Source of the DNA: Anaeromyxobacter sp.
GTDB lineage: Bacteria > Myxococcota > Myxococcia > Myxococcales > Anaeromyxobacteraceae
DNA: 64,000 bases
Reading direction: 5' to 3'
Assembly (NCBI GenBank): GCA_049840735.1
Contig: JASGJN010000017.1
Location: 288,001 to 352,000, forward strand
The stretch's first letter is position 1; each line of letters starts with the position of its first letter. Positions 40,188 to 48,429 of this stretch are shown here, piece after piece. Below the pieces are notes generated by a model. That model did no database searches. It saw nothing but the letters and a program-made list of their open reading frames with translations, and had not been told where the DNA came from. The translations under genes were made by a program, and so were the position numbers.

Positions 40188-41203
40188 GGCTCCACCTCCA
40201 CCGCCCCCGGACCGGTGACCCGGGCCAGGAGGGCAGCCTTCGAAGACGGCAGCTTCACGCGGACGGACTGGCCGACGTGCCCGTCCTCCAGGACCTCGAC
40301 CTGCCCTTCCAGCGCGACGCGCCCCTGCACCGACCGGAGCGTGGCCAGGCTGCCGCGCGCCACGTCCGGCGCCGGCTCGACCTGGGCGCGCGTGAGCGGG
40401 GCCCCGGGGGCCACCGGCGCCTTCACCCGGACCGGCCGGACCACGTCCCGGTCGACCGGCAGGACGTCCAACCCGGTCCACCGCGTCTCCTTGACCTCGA
40501 GCTCCCCCGGCTCCAGCCGCTCCCCGGGCGCAGCCCGGCGGGCGATCACGTAGGCGGGCCCGTAGACGGTCAGGTCGAAGCGGACCGGCGCGAGGCGGAC
40601 GAAGGTGCCGGCCGACCAGACCTCGACCCAGACCGTGGGGCGGCGCGACCGGAGCTCCGCCTCGCCGATGGCCCGCGGGTTGAGCTCGAGCGGCCCGGCC
40701 GGCGCCACCAGGTCGCGTGGCGCCTGCGCCTCCTGGATCTCCGCCCGGAGCCCCGCACGCTGCGCCGCGGCCACCAGCGCGCCCCGGGCCACCTCGGCCA
40801 CCGCCGGCCCCGGCACCTGCTGGCTGGCCAGCGACACCTTCGCCACCGCGGCCCCGGCCCACTCCATCTCGTCGGGGCGGACGCCCCCGCGCACCGCCAC
40901 CCAGCGGCCCAGGTGATCCCGATCCACCCGGACCGGGACGCCGGCGCGGACCAGCGCGCCCAGCGGCAGCGCGGCGAGCCGCTCCAGCAGCGGGAGCTCG
41001 CGGGTGGTGATCACCGCCACGTCCCCCAGCGTCAGCGCGCGGTGGTTCACCTCGACCTCCGGGCGCAGCTCGATGCGGACGCGCGCAGCCCCGGCCGCGA
41101 CCGACGGCTGGGCCGCAGCGGCGACGCAGGGCAGCGCGGCCAGCGCCCCGGCGAGCAGGCCGGAGCGCAGGCGCGCCGCGAGGTGGCGCAGCGGTCGGCT
41201 CAC
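40184..41203 (-). CDS. flgA: P-ring assembly chaperone FlgA
   Basis: Signal peptide, SAF domain and C-terminal LEDGHVGQSVRV...ARVTGPGAVEV. Confidence 0.88.
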   Translation of the reverse strand: MSRPLRHLAARLRSGLLAGALAALPCVAAAAQPSVAAGAARVRIELRPEVEVNHRALTLGDVAVITTRELPLLERLAALPLGALVRAGVPVRVDRDHLGRWVAVRGGVRPDEMEWAGAAVAKVSLASQQVPGPAVAEVARGALVAAAQRAGLRAEIQEAQAPRDLVAPAGPLELNPRAIGEAELRSRRPTVWVEVWSAGTFVRLAPVRFDLTVYGPAYVIARRAAPGERLEPGELEVKETRWTGLDVLPVDRDVVRPVRVKAPVAPGAPLTRAQVEPAPDVARGSLATLRSVQGRVALEGQVEVLEDGHVGQSVRVKLPSSKAALLARVTGPGAVEVEP

Positions 41204-41991
41204 TTGCGCAGCCCGTTCACCAGGCCGAGCATCTCGTCGGCCGCCTGGATGACCTTGACGTTGGCCTCGTACGCCCGCTGCGCCACCATCAGGTTCACCA
41301 TCTCGTCCACCAGCTTGACGTTCGAGCCCTCCAGGTAGCCCTGGGCCAGCCCGCCCACCCCGTCCTCGCCCGGCCGCGCCGCGATGGCCTCACCCGAGGT
41401 CTCGCTGGCCGTGTAGACGTTGTTGCCCAGCGCCGTGAGGCCGGCCGGGTTGGTGAAGCGGACCAGCTCCAGCCGCCCGGCCGTCAGCGGCTGCTGCTGG
41501 TTCGGCAGGGTCAGCTGCACCGTGCCCTCGGCGTCGATGGCGATGCCGGTCGCATCCGCCGGGACGGTGATCCCCGGCTGCAGCGGGTACCCAGCCTCGG
41601 TGACCAGCAGCCCGTCGGCGTTGACCCGCAGCGAGCCGCTGCGGGTGTAGCCGGTGGTGCCGTCGGGGAGCGTCACGGCCAGGAACCCGTCCCCCCGGAT
41701 GGCCAGGTCGAGCGGCGACCCGGTCTGGCGCATCTCGCCGGCCTCGAAGACCTTGCCCACCGAGGCGATGCCCACGCCGGCGCCCAGCGGCGGCGCGCTG
41801 GCCAGGAGCCCCGCCTCGCCCGTGCCGGCCACCTGCCGGGCGGCGGCGTCCTGCAGCATCAGATCGGTGAAGGTGACCCGGCCGCGCTTGAAGGCCGGGG
41901 TGTTCACGTTGGCCAGGTTGTTGGCCACCGTGTCCACCGACAGCTGCTGCGCCTGCATGCCGGTCGCCGCGATGTAGAGCCCCTCGAACAT
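41200..41991 (-). CDS. flgG: Distal rod protein FlgG
   Basis: LYIAATGMQAQQ...ANNLANVNT and QGYLEGSNVKLVDEMVNLMVAQRAYE. Confidence 0.95.
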   Translation of the reverse strand: MFEGLYIAATGMQAQQLSVDTVANNLANVNTPAFKRGRVTFTDLMLQDAAARQVAGTGEAGLLASAPPLGAGVGIASVGKVFEAGEMRQTGSPLDLAIRGDGFLAVTLPDGTTGYTRSGSLRVNADGLLVTEAGYPLQPGITVPADATGIAIDAEGTVQLTLPNQQQPLTAGRLELVRFTNPAGLTALGNNVYTASETSGEAIAARPGEDGVGGLAQGYLEGSNVKLVDEMVNLMVAQRAYEANVKVIQAADEMLGLVNGLRK

Positions 41992-42037
41992 GCCTCTTCC
42001 TCCTCGCACCTGTGGCCCGCCCGCGGCGGGCGCCCGC

Positions 42038-42817
42038 TCAAGAGAGATCGCCCAGCTTCCGGATGGCGTTGCCCAGCAGCTCGTCGTAGCCCTGCGCCAC
42101 CCGCGTCATCGACTCGAAGTGCCGCATGGCCTGCATCAGCTCGACCAACTCGTGCATGGCGCTGACGTTTGAGTTCTCGAGCGCGCCCTGGCGGACCTGC
42201 GCGCCGCCCTCCGGGACCACCGTCATCCCGGGACCGCCCGCCAGCAGCCCCGCGCCGAGCCGCGGCAGCGCGCCGGGGTGCTCGAACCGGACCACCTTGA
42301 GCTGGCCGACCGGTTGGCCGGCGGCCGTGAGCGTGGAGGTGGCCCTGGGCTCGGTGATCCTTCCGGCGGCGTCGATGACCGGGGTGGTGGTGGTGAGCTG
42401 GATGGGACCGTTCAGCCCCATCACCGGGTTGCCCGCCGCGGTGACCAGGCGGCCGCTCGCGTCCACGCGGAAGTCGCCCTGGCGCGTATAGGCCGGGCCG
42501 GCCGGCGTCTCCACCTCGAAGAAGCCGTCCCCCTCCAGCGCCACGTCCAGCGGCTGCCCCGTCATCCGGAGCGTGCCGGGGCGGGCGTCGGTCAGGACCT
42601 GCAGCCCGGCCGTCGCGTCCACCGCGCCCGCGAGCCCCACCGGCGCGCGCTCGCCCGCGGCCCGGGCCGCGTCCACCGCCTCCGCGAACGGCCGCACCGT
42701 GGCGACCTCGCGCTTGTAGCCGGGCGTGCTGGCGTTGGCCAGGTTCTGGGCGATCCGGTCCACCCGGCCCATGTCCTGCTGCAGGCTCACCAGCGTCACG
42801 CCGAAGACGTCCTTCAT
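42038..42817 (-). CDS. flgF: Rod protein FlgF
   Basis: IAQNLANASTPGYK, TGQPLDVALEGDGFF and QGALENSNVS. Confidence 0.92.
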   Translation of the reverse strand: MKDVFGVTLVSLQQDMGRVDRIAQNLANASTPGYKREVATVRPFAEAVDAARAAGERAPVGLAGAVDATAGLQVLTDARPGTLRMTGQPLDVALEGDGFFEVETPAGPAYTRQGDFRVDASGRLVTAAGNPVMGLNGPIQLTTTTPVIDAAGRITEPRATSTLTAAGQPVGQLKVVRFEHPGALPRLGAGLLAGGPGMTVVPEGGAQVRQGALENSNVSAMHELVELMQAMRHFESMTRVAQGYDELLGNAIRKLGDLS

Positions 42818-42842
42818 GCCCACCGCTCCTCCTCTCCTCGCC

Positions 42843-44963
42843 TCACGGCGACACCACGCCCCAGGACTTCAGCTCGATGTTCTGGGGGACCTCGGCCATC
42901 GACAGGACGCGCAGGTGCGGCATCACCCGCTCCGACAGCGCCCGGAGGTGCCGGCGCAGCTCGGGGGAGCAGAGCAGCACCGGCAACAGGTTGCTCTTCA
43001 TCATCCGCTCGGCCTGCTGCGCCATGCGGCCCATCACCTTCTCCGCCAGCGCCGGCTCGATCACGAACGGGCGCGGCGCGCCCTCGGGATCCCGGGCCGC
43101 GGCCAGGCTGTGGAGCAGCTCGCTCTCGATGGAAGGGTCCAGCGTCATCACCTGCAGCGCCGTGGCGTCGCCCAGGAGCCCCTGGCAGATGGCGCGTCCC
43201 AGCCGCTGGCGGACGGCCTCGGTGAGCTGCAGGGTGTCCTTGGTGTGGCGCCCGGCGTCCGCGAGCGTCTCGAGGATCGCCTCCATGTGCCGGATGGAGA
43301 CCTTCTCGCGCAGGAGCCCCTGCAGCACCCGCTGCACGTCGCTGACGCCCAGCACCGTGGGGATGAGCTCCTCCACCAGGCTGGCCTGCGTCTGGCGGAT
43401 CCGTCCCAGCAGCCGCTCGGTCTCGGCCCGGGTGAGCAGCGTCGCGGCCTCGCGGTGCAGCACCTCGGTGAGGTGGGTGAGGAACACCGTGGGCGCGTCC
43501 ACCAGCGTGTACTTGGCCGCGGCGGCGCTGGCGCGCTGGTGGTCCTCGATCCAGAGCGCCGGCAGGCCGTAGGTCGGGTCCCGCGTCACCTCTCCCGGGA
43601 TCGACCGCACGTCGCCGTTCGGGTGGATGGCCAGGAAGCGATCGAAGCGGGCCTCTCCCCGGGCACACGGGACACCGTCGATGACGATCTCGTAGCGGTC
43701 GGGTGCGAGCCGCGCGTCGTCGCGGAACCGGACCCGCGGCAGGACCATGCCGTGGTCCATGGCGAACGAGTGCCGGAAGGCGGAGATCCGGGCCATGAAC
43801 GGGCTGTTGGGCGTCTTGACGACGGGGATCCAGTGCGCGCCCAGCCCGACCTCGATCGGCTCCAGCGTGAGCGCGGCGTACGGATCCTCGCCGCCCGGCT
43901 CCGCCGTCGGGGCGCCCGCCCCCGCCGCGCCTCCGGCCGCCGCCGCCCCGGCGCCAGCCCCGGCCGCAGCCGGCTGCCCCCCCTGCCCGACCTGCGCCTC
44001 CCGCCCCTTGCCCAGCTTGTAGACCAGGAAGGCCACGGAGAGGACGCACCCCTCCAGCACCAACGTCGGCAGCGCCGGGATCCCAGGCAGCAGCAGCAAG
44101 CCGCCCAGGGCCGCCGCCACGATGAGCAGCGCCTTGGGGAAGGACGTCACCTGGCGCAGCACCTCGGCGCTCAGGTTGGAGTCGGAGGCCGACCGGGTGA
44201 CGATGATGCCGGTGCCGACCGCGATCACCAGCGCCGGCACCTGCGTGACGATGCCGTCGCCGATGGTGAGGAGCGTGTACCGCTGGAGCGCCTCGCCCCA
44301 GGCCAGGCCGTGCTGCATCACGCCGATGATCAGGCCGCCCACGATGTTGATGAGCAGGATGATGATGCCGGCGATGGCGTCGCCCTTCACGAACTTGGAG
44401 GCGCCGTCCATGGCGCCGTAGAACGCGGCCTCCTTCTCGAGGTTCTTCCGCCGGCGCTGCGCCTCGGCCTGGTCGATGAACCCCATGTTCAGGTCGGCGT
44501 CGATGCTCATCTGCTGGCCGGGCATCGAGTCGAGCGTGAACCGCGCCGCCACCTCGGACACGCGCTGCGCGCCGTTGGTGACGACCACGTACTGCACGAC
44601 GATCAGGATCAGGAAGACGATCAGGCCGATGACGTAGTTGCCGCCCACCACGAAGGCGCCCACCGCCGCGATGACCCGGCCGGCGTTGCCGTCGGACAGG
44701 ATCAACCGGGTGGCCGCCACGTTGAGCGAGAGCCGGAACAGCGTGGCGATGAGCAGCAGCGAGGGGAAGGTCGAGAACTCGACCGGCCGCGCCATGTAGA
44801 ACGTCAGCAGCAGGATCAGGAAGGCGAAGTTGAAGTTGGTGAGGATCAGGAAGTCGAGCATCCCCGAGGGGATGGGCGCGAACAGCACCACCAGGACGCC
44901 CAGCACCAGGGCGACCATGGCCACGTCGCGGTGCCGGCCGACGATCCGCTTCAGCGACTCCAC
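42843..44963 (-). CDS. flhA: Export gate protein FlhA
   Basis: FSTFPSLLL, RVSEVAARFTLDSMPGQQMSIDADL and FYGAMDGASKFVKGDA. Confidence 0.97.
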   Translation of the reverse strand: MESLKRIVGRHRDVAMVALVLGVLVVLFAPIPSGMLDFLILTNFNFAFLILLLTFYMARPVEFSTFPSLLLIATLFRLSLNVAATRLILSDGNAGRVIAAVGAFVVGGNYVIGLIVFLILIVVQYVVVTNGAQRVSEVAARFTLDSMPGQQMSIDADLNMGFIDQAEAQRRRKNLEKEAAFYGAMDGASKFVKGDAIAGIIILLINIVGGLIIGVMQHGLAWGEALQRYTLLTIGDGIVTQVPALVIAVGTGIIVTRSASDSNLSAEVLRQVTSFPKALLIVAAALGGLLLLPGIPALPTLVLEGCVLSVAFLVYKLGKGREAQVGQGGQPAAAGAGAGAAAAGGAAGAGAPTAEPGGEDPYAALTLEPIEVGLGAHWIPVVKTPNSPFMARISAFRHSFAMDHGMVLPRVRFRDDARLAPDRYEIVIDGVPCARGEARFDRFLAIHPNGDVRSIPGEVTRDPTYGLPALWIEDHQRASAAAAKYTLVDAPTVFLTHLTEVLHREAATLLTRAETERLLGRIRQTQASLVEELIPTVLGVSDVQRVLQGLLREKVSIRHMEAILETLADAGRHTKDTLQLTEAVRQRLGRAICQGLLGDATALQVMTLDPSIESELLHSLAAARDPEGAPRPFVIEPALAEKVMGRMAQQAERMMKSNLLPVLLCSPELRRHLRALSERVMPHLRVLSMAEVPQNIELKSWGVVSP

Positions 44964-46060
44964 GGAGCACCTCCCGTGGCCGGGGCGGCCTGCTGCTGGG
45001 CCCGCTCGCGCATGGCGAACACCCAGACGATGATGCGCGCCACCTGGGCGAAGAGCTCGGGCGGCACGTGCTGGTCGACCGGCAGGTCGCGGTAGAGGCG
45101 CCGCGCCAGGGTCGGGTTCTGGACCACCGGGATGCGGTGCTTGGCGGCGATGGAGCGGATCACCGCCGCCAGGTGGCCCGAGCCCTTGGCCACCAGCTGG
45201 GGCGAGGGCATCTCGCCGTGGACGTAGCGCAGCGCCACGGCGTAGTGGGTCGGGTTGGTGATCACCACGTCCGCCTGGCGGGCCTTCTTGAGCGCCAGGA
45301 TGCGCTTCAGCATCTCGCGCCGCAGCTCGCGCAGCCGGGCCCGGATGCGCGGATCGCCCTCGCGGTGCTTGTGCTCGTCCTTGAGCTCCCGCCGGCTCAT
45401 CCGCATCTGCTTCGCGAACTCGCGCCGCGTGTAGGCCAGGTCCAGCACCGCGATGACCGCGAGCGCCAGCCCCAGCTGCAGCCCCAGCGCGCCGATGTCG
45501 TCGAGCAGGGTCCGCACCACCCCGAGCGGCGGGAGCGTGGAGATCAGGTAGAAGTGTGGCACCAGGTTGCGGAGCGCCAGGAAGACCACCCAGCTCAGCA
45601 CCACCAGCTTGAGCAGCGACCGCACCGCCACGAAGAGCGTCCGGAGCGAGAGATCCGCTTGAACCCGGTCACCGGGTTGAGGCGGGTCCAGTCCGCCTTG
45701 AGCGGCTCTAAGGTGATGAGCGGGCCGGTCTGGAGCAGGTTGCCGGCCACCGCCGCCAGCATCAGGGTCAGGAAGAACGGGATGGAGAGCGAGAACCGCC
45801 GTCGAGAGCGTGCGGGAGAGGAGCGACCAGAGCGCCCCGGCCCCGTCGGCGCGCCCGGCCTGGATGAGCAGCGCCCGGTCGAAGCGGAAGACCTCTCGCC
45901 AAGCGCCCCAGCCGCGCCACGCCAGGAAGACCATGGCCGCGATGAAGACCATCGCCGAGACCACCTCGGGGCTCTTCGCGACCTGCCCCTTCTCGCGCGC
46001 CTTCTGCAGCTTGTACGGGGTGGCCGCCTCGTTGCGGTCCAGCTCCTGCTCGGCCATCAC
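44951..46060 (-). CDS. flhB: Substrate-switch protein FlhB; two compensating frameshifts near 45790 and 45650
   Basis: ATPYKLQKAREKGQVAKS, EGDP and the NPTH cleavage motif; the segment GNLLQTG...RLNPVTGFKRI is in an alternate frame. Confidence 0.93.
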   Translation of the reverse strand: MMAEQELDRNEAATPYKLQKAREKGQVAKSPEVVSAMVFIAAMVFLAWRGWGAWREVFRFDRALLIQAGRADGAGALWSLLSRTLSTAVLALHPVLPDPDAGGGGRQPAPDRPAHHLRAAQGGLDPPQPGDRVQADLSLRTLFVAVRSLLKLVVLSWVVFLALRNLVPHFYLISTLPPLGVVRTLLDDIGALGLQLGLALAVIAVLDLAYTRREFAKQMRMSRRELKDEHKHREGDPRIRARLRELRREMLKRILALKKARQADVVITNPTHYAVALRYVHGEMPSPQLVAKGSGHLAAVIRSIAAKHRIPVVQNPTLARRLYRDLPVDQHVPPELFAQVARIIVWVFAMRERAQQQAAPATGGAPWSR

Positions 46061-46923
46061 GCACCTCCCGGGCGACCGGCGAGGAGCGCGGCCAGGCGAG
46101 CCGGCGGCGCGGTGAGGTCCACCGCCGCCGCGACCGGGAAGATGGCGTCCCAGGTCCGGTAGATGCTGGCGTAGACGCGGTCCAGCGTGGGGCCCACGCC
46201 GCCGAGCCAGACCGACAGCGCGATGATCCCGACGATGATCTTCACCGGGATGCCCATGGTCAGCATGTTGATCTGCGGCATGTTCCGGGCGACCACGCCC
46301 AGCGCCACCTCGACCATCAGCACGCAGAACACCACCGGCGCCGCCAGGGCGAAGCCGAGCGTGAAGAGCCCGCCCACCTGCTGCAGCACCGGCTCCACCG
46401 CCCGCTCGAGCGGCCAGGGCTGACCGAGGGGGAAGCGCTCCAGGCTGTACGCCAGCCCGCGCAGCAGCGCGTGGTGGCCGTTGACGAGGAAGAAGGCCAG
46501 CACGGCCAGCTGGTCGAAGGCCGCGGCGACGATGGGCACCTGGCGCCGGGTGGCGGGGTCGATCACCTGCCCCAGCCCGAACCCCATCTGCACGCCCAGG
46601 AGCTGCCCCGCCATGGAGATGGACGCGAAGGCCACCAGGATCCCCAGCCCCAGGGTCGCGCCCAGGGCCAGCTCGCAGAAGCCCGCCTGCAGCAGCGCTC
46701 CGCCGCCGCCCATCGCGCCCCCCGGCGCCCGCGCGGCGACCTCCGCGCCCGGGAGCCCCAGCGACAGGACCGCCGCCAGCCCCAGCACGATCAGCGCCCG
46801 GATGGTGAGCGGGACGCTCTGCGAGCCGAGCAGCGGGGTGGCGATGAAGGCCGCGCCCAGCCGGAGCGAGAGCAGGACGACCGTCACCAGCCAGCCCGCG
46901 TCGATGGAGATGGCAGCGTGCAC
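46057..46923 (-). CDS. fliR: Export gate protein FliR
   Basis: AGQLLGVQMGFG...IDP and RNMPQIN...GIPVK; multi-TM. Confidence 0.95.
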   Translation of the reverse strand: MHAAISIDAGWLVTVVLLSLRLGAAFIATPLLGSQSVPLTIRALIVLGLAAVLSLGLPGAEVAARAPGGAMGGGGALLQAGFCELALGATLGLGILVAFASISMAGQLLGVQMGFGLGQVIDPATRRQVPIVAAAFDQLAVLAFFLVNGHHALLRGLAYSLERFPLGQPWPLERAVEPVLQQVGGLFTLGFALAAPVVFCVLMVEVALGVVARNMPQINMLTMGIPVKIIVGIIALSVWLGGVGPTLDRVYASIYRTWDAIFPVAAAVDLTAPPARLAALLAGRPGGA

Positions 46924-46934
46924 GCCGGCCGGCC

Positions 46935-47201
46935 CTAGAACAGCGACGGGATGGACGACCAGAGCTGCGTCCAGTAGTGGCCCACGCTCCTGAGCATCCA
47001 GGAGCCGAAGGCGATGAGCCCCAGGGTGGCCGCCAGCAGCTTCGGCACGAACGCCAGCGACATCTCCTGGACCTGCGTGACCACCTGCAGGACGCTGACG
47101 ATGAGCCCGACCAGCATGGTCAGCGCCAGCACCGGCGCCGAGACCACGATGGCCGTCCAGAACAGCTCGCTCATCAGCTGCAGCGCAAGGTCAGCGCGCA
47201 T
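46935..47201 (-). CDS. fliQ: Export gate protein FliQ
   Basis: VGLIVSVLQVVTQVQEMSLAFVPK. Confidence 0.96.
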   Translation of the reverse strand: MRADLALQLMSELFWTAIVVSAPVLALTMLVGLIVSVLQVVTQVQEMSLAFVPKLLAATLGLIAFGSWMLRSVGHYWTQLWSSIPSLF

Positions 47202-47676
47202 GGTTCCCCCCTTGCGCTGCCCCGCGTGGAGGCGGCGCCAGTTCCCCAGCCGTTTCGTCTGCGCGCCCCCCGGCGCGCCGCCCCCGCACTTGGCGGTGCA
47301 CTGCCCAGGTCGCGCTCTGGTTCGGGGCTTCCCAGCCCGGATCAGCCGCTCACCTGCCGACCGCCACCTGCGTGACGTTGTCCGTTCCGGGTACTACGGC
47401 TGCCGCGAGCCAAACAAGTCCCACGCCTTCACGCCGGGTGAGACCGCATTCAGACTTGGCGTCAAGTCGGCCGACGGGTGCGACAGAAACCGTCAAGCAG
47501 GACCGGGAGTTGGTGTGGCGAACATGGGGATTTCCTCATTCACCCCGCGTGCTCATGCGATCTGTCGTCGCACCACCTCAACTCGTGGCGGGCGCGGGTG
47601 CAACGCGCGCCGCGCAGGCGCGCCCGGCGGCCGCCCGGTGTGCGCGCAAACGTTTGTAGGACCTGACAGTGTCGGC

Positions 47677-48429
47677 TCAGCGAGCCGGATGGCGCGGAGC
47701 TACCGGAAAACGCACGCCCCGCGCCTCCAGCATGGCGATGACCTTGGCCTGCCAGGAGCGCTGCGGCTCCAGGTCCACCCGGCCGGTGGAGACCAGCCGG
47801 CCCAGGTATTCGAGATCGCGCGAGTATCCTCGCTCGAGCAGCTCGGCCACGCGGTCGTACTGGTTCAGCGCCGCGGCCTGGAACGCGATGGTCCAGCCGG
47901 ACGAGTCGGCGCGTTCCAGGTCGGCCCTGTCCAGCAGGAGCTCGTACCCGGCCCATCCCCGGCCGTGCACGCCGAGCGCAAGCGCGGCGGCGATGGCCGT
48001 CTTGCCGGACTTTCGGTCCAGGGCGTTGGCATCGCCTCCCCGCGCCAGCAGCACGCGCAGGCAGGCCGGGTCGTGGCGGGTGGCCGCCGCGAACACCGGC
48101 GAGAACCGGCCGTTGTCGTGGTTGGGGTCGGCACCGGCCTCGAGCAGCGCCTCGACGCCCGCCTCGCTACCGCATCCGACGGCCCAGAGCAGCGGGGTCG
48201 TCCGCTCGGCCCCCTCACCCTCCAGGTCGGCCCCGGAGGCCAGCGCGGCCTGGAGCGCCTGGCGGTCCCCCGCGCAGGCTGCGCGCGCCAGCGCTGCCTG
48301 CGCAGGCACCTCGAACACGGCTGCCGCATCCCGTTCCTTCACTCCGCGCTCCCCAGCCGACGCGACGGACGCGAGCGCGGCCGCCAGCAACACGGCTGCG
48401 GCCCGACAGCTTCCGCCGGCCGGCCGCAT
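47677..48429 (-). CDS. Exported ankyrin-repeat protein, probable immunity protein for the lipase tip
   Basis: The ATG overlaps the toxin stop (TGATG); signal-like N-terminus; ankyrin repeats TPLLWAV...LLEAGADPN and LLARGGDAN. Confidence 0.85.
   Translation of the reverse strand: MRPAGGSCRAAAVLLAAALASVASAGERGVKERDAAAVFEVPAQAALARAACAGDRQALQAALASGADLEGEGAERTTPLLWAVGCGSEAGVEALLEAGADPNHDNGRFSPVFAAATRHDPACLRVLLARGGDANALDRKSGKTAIAAALALGVHGRGWAGYELLLDRADLERADSSGWTIAFQAAALNQYDRVAELLERGYSRDLEYLGRLVSTGRVDLEPQRSWQAKVIAMLEARGVRFPVAPRHPAR

Noticed and set aside
26774..47201. Injectisome (non-flagellar T3SS)
   Set aside because: Rod, hook, P/L-ring, FlgA and FliE genes are flagellar; no secretin, needle or translocon genes are seen.
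26774..47201. Complete motility flagellum locus
   Set aside because: No filament, junction, cap, stator or chemotaxis genes, and FliG/FliM are reduced. Genes elsewhere in the genome cannot be excluded from this window.
47202..47676. Defined promoter or riboswitch upstream of fliQ
   Set aside because: The region is probably regulatory, but I found no convincing sigma-28, sigma-54 or known RNA motif by eye.
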